Source: Spirochaetia bacterium
GTDB lineage: Bacteria > Spirochaetota > Spirochaetia > SZUA-6 > Bin103
Direction: 5' to 3'
Assembly: GCA_965203905.1 (NCBI GenBank)
Contig: CBDBDQ010000005.1
Span: forward strand, 2,560,001-2,624,000
Length of the DNA: 64,000 nt
Positions 63,009-64,000 of this stretch are shown in pieces (within the stretch, counting starts at the first letter, position 1; every line of letters begins with the position of its first letter). Below the pieces are notes generated by a model. That model had not been told where the DNA came from. It made no database searches and saw only the letters and a program-made list of their open reading frames with translations. A program made the translations under genes and the position numbers.

Positions 63009-64000
63009 TCAGGGGATCAGCCGCAGCAACCGGTCGCGCTCGGCCGGGCTGCAGAACGATGCACGGACCGCCGCGCAGGTGAACCCGCGCAACTCCGCCG
63101 GGGAGAACCCCAGCAGCGCCGCGATCGCGTACTCGCGCCCGATCGTGGTGCAGGCACGGACCGGATCGTCGGAACAGATGGCTACCGGAATGCCGTGCTC
63201 CACGAAGCGGCGAACGGGATGGCTCTCGTAACTCTCCACCGCGCCAAGCACGACGTTGCTGGAGAGCGCGCACTCGATGGTAACGCCACGGGCGGCGATC
63301 CGGTCGAGCAGACACGGGTCGGAAGCGCCGGCAAGGGCATGACCGATGCGGGTCAGTCCGGGAACTTCGAGCGCCTCCGCCAGGTGCAGCGCGTTGAACT
63401 CGCCGGCGTGCGCAGAGATGCCCAGCCCCGCGTCGCGCACACGTTCCGCCCAACGGTAGACCACGGACCAATCCGCCGGTTGATCATAGGACGCGGGCAG
63501 GATGTTCAGCCCCGCCAGGCCACGCCGGGCCGCCGCGAGGCAGCGCGGCAGCATGGTGGCGGCCCACTCCGCGGTGGTAGGAGCGACGAGCAGCGGCACC
63601 GCGTGAAACTGCGGGAAACGGCGGCGCACGGTGGCCAGGGATGCGGCGAACCGGTCCAGGAAGTCGTCGCGCAGGATGGTCCGAGCGCCGAACATCACCT
63701 CGACCAGCAACGCGCCGTCGGCCGCGGCTTCGACCAGCACCCGGCCGATCTGGGCCTCCAGGTACCCCGGGTTTTCATCTGCCATCTCGTCCACCCAGGA
63801 GCGGGGAAACGGAAAATCGGGGCCCCACGTCTCCAGGCGTGGCATGCCCGGCGGCAGGTCGCGCATCAGTTCGTGGGCCCTGCGTCGCCAGTCGGTGCTC
63901 CGCCGCCCGGTTCGTTCCTCCAACACCTGCTCAAGCCGCGCGCTCGATTCGGCGTGTACATGGATGTCCGCCTTGGGCAGCGCAGCGATCGCTGGCGCGA
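63009..64000 (-). CDS. Adenosine deaminase family protein (5' end off the window)
   Basis: LPKADIHVH, HAGE, RIGHA, SSNV and SDDP motifs. Confidence 0.88.
   Translation of the reverse strand, partial: APAIAALPKADIHVHAESSARLEQVLEERTGRRSTDWRRRAHELMRDLPPGMPRLETWGPDFPFPRSWVDEMADENPGYLEAQIGRVLVEAAADGALLVEVMFGARTILRDDFLDRFAASLATVRRRFPQFHAVPLLVAPTTAEWAATMLPRCLAAARRGLAGLNILPASYDQPADWSVVYRWAERVRDAGLGISAHAGEFNALHLAEALEVPGLTRIGHALAGASDPCLLDRIAARGVTIECALSSNVVLGAVESYESHPVRRFVEHGIPVAICSDDPVRACTTIGREYAIAALLGFSPAELRGFTCAAVRASFCSPAERDRLLRLIP

Noticed and set aside
62021-63471. ORFs 62110-62331 (+), 62021-62407 (-) and 62161-63471 (-) crossing the RNA region
   Set aside because: They overlap real genes, have low-complexity Arg/Pro/Ser-rich translations and lack an RBS; they are high-GC shadow ORFs.

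Overview
High-GC bacterial chromosomal window. The Borrelia-like mevalonate gene order and lipoprotein content hint at a spirochaete, possibly a host-associated one, but this is inference only. Contents from left to right: gltD/gltB; a SMUG1-type glycosylase; DUF1015; a TMTC-like membrane/TPR protein; a lipoprotein cluster (COG3014-like, LpoB-like, CsgG-like) followed by two paralogous lipoproteins that alternate Ala-rich coiled coils with repeated beta modules; mtaB; alaA; dehydrogenases; a glycosyltransferase; an M16 peptidase; pdxA; an AbiEii remnant; PPC- and BNR-repeat proteins; ArsR plus permease; an S66 peptidase; DUF4003; an agmatine/polyamine cluster (amidohydrolase, aminotransferase, potFGHI, aguA, LuxR) with three copies of an 18-bp palindromic operator; a mevalonate operon that appears tandemly triplicated and eroded, with a different cargo gene in each copy; miaB; Fic; an AAA ATPase; DUF4019; DUF402; and an adenosine deaminase. 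The best candidate for an undescribed system is a DIP1984/septicolysin-like coiled-coil gene (61638-62174) followed directly by a ~300-nt highly structured non-coding RNA. The RNA has UUCG and GNRA tetraloops, a long-range closing helix, and eight AGC motifs at 8-nt periodicity. This suggests a ribonucleoprotein in which an oligomeric protein binds a repeat RNA. All family assignments come from motif recognition by eye, not from database searches.
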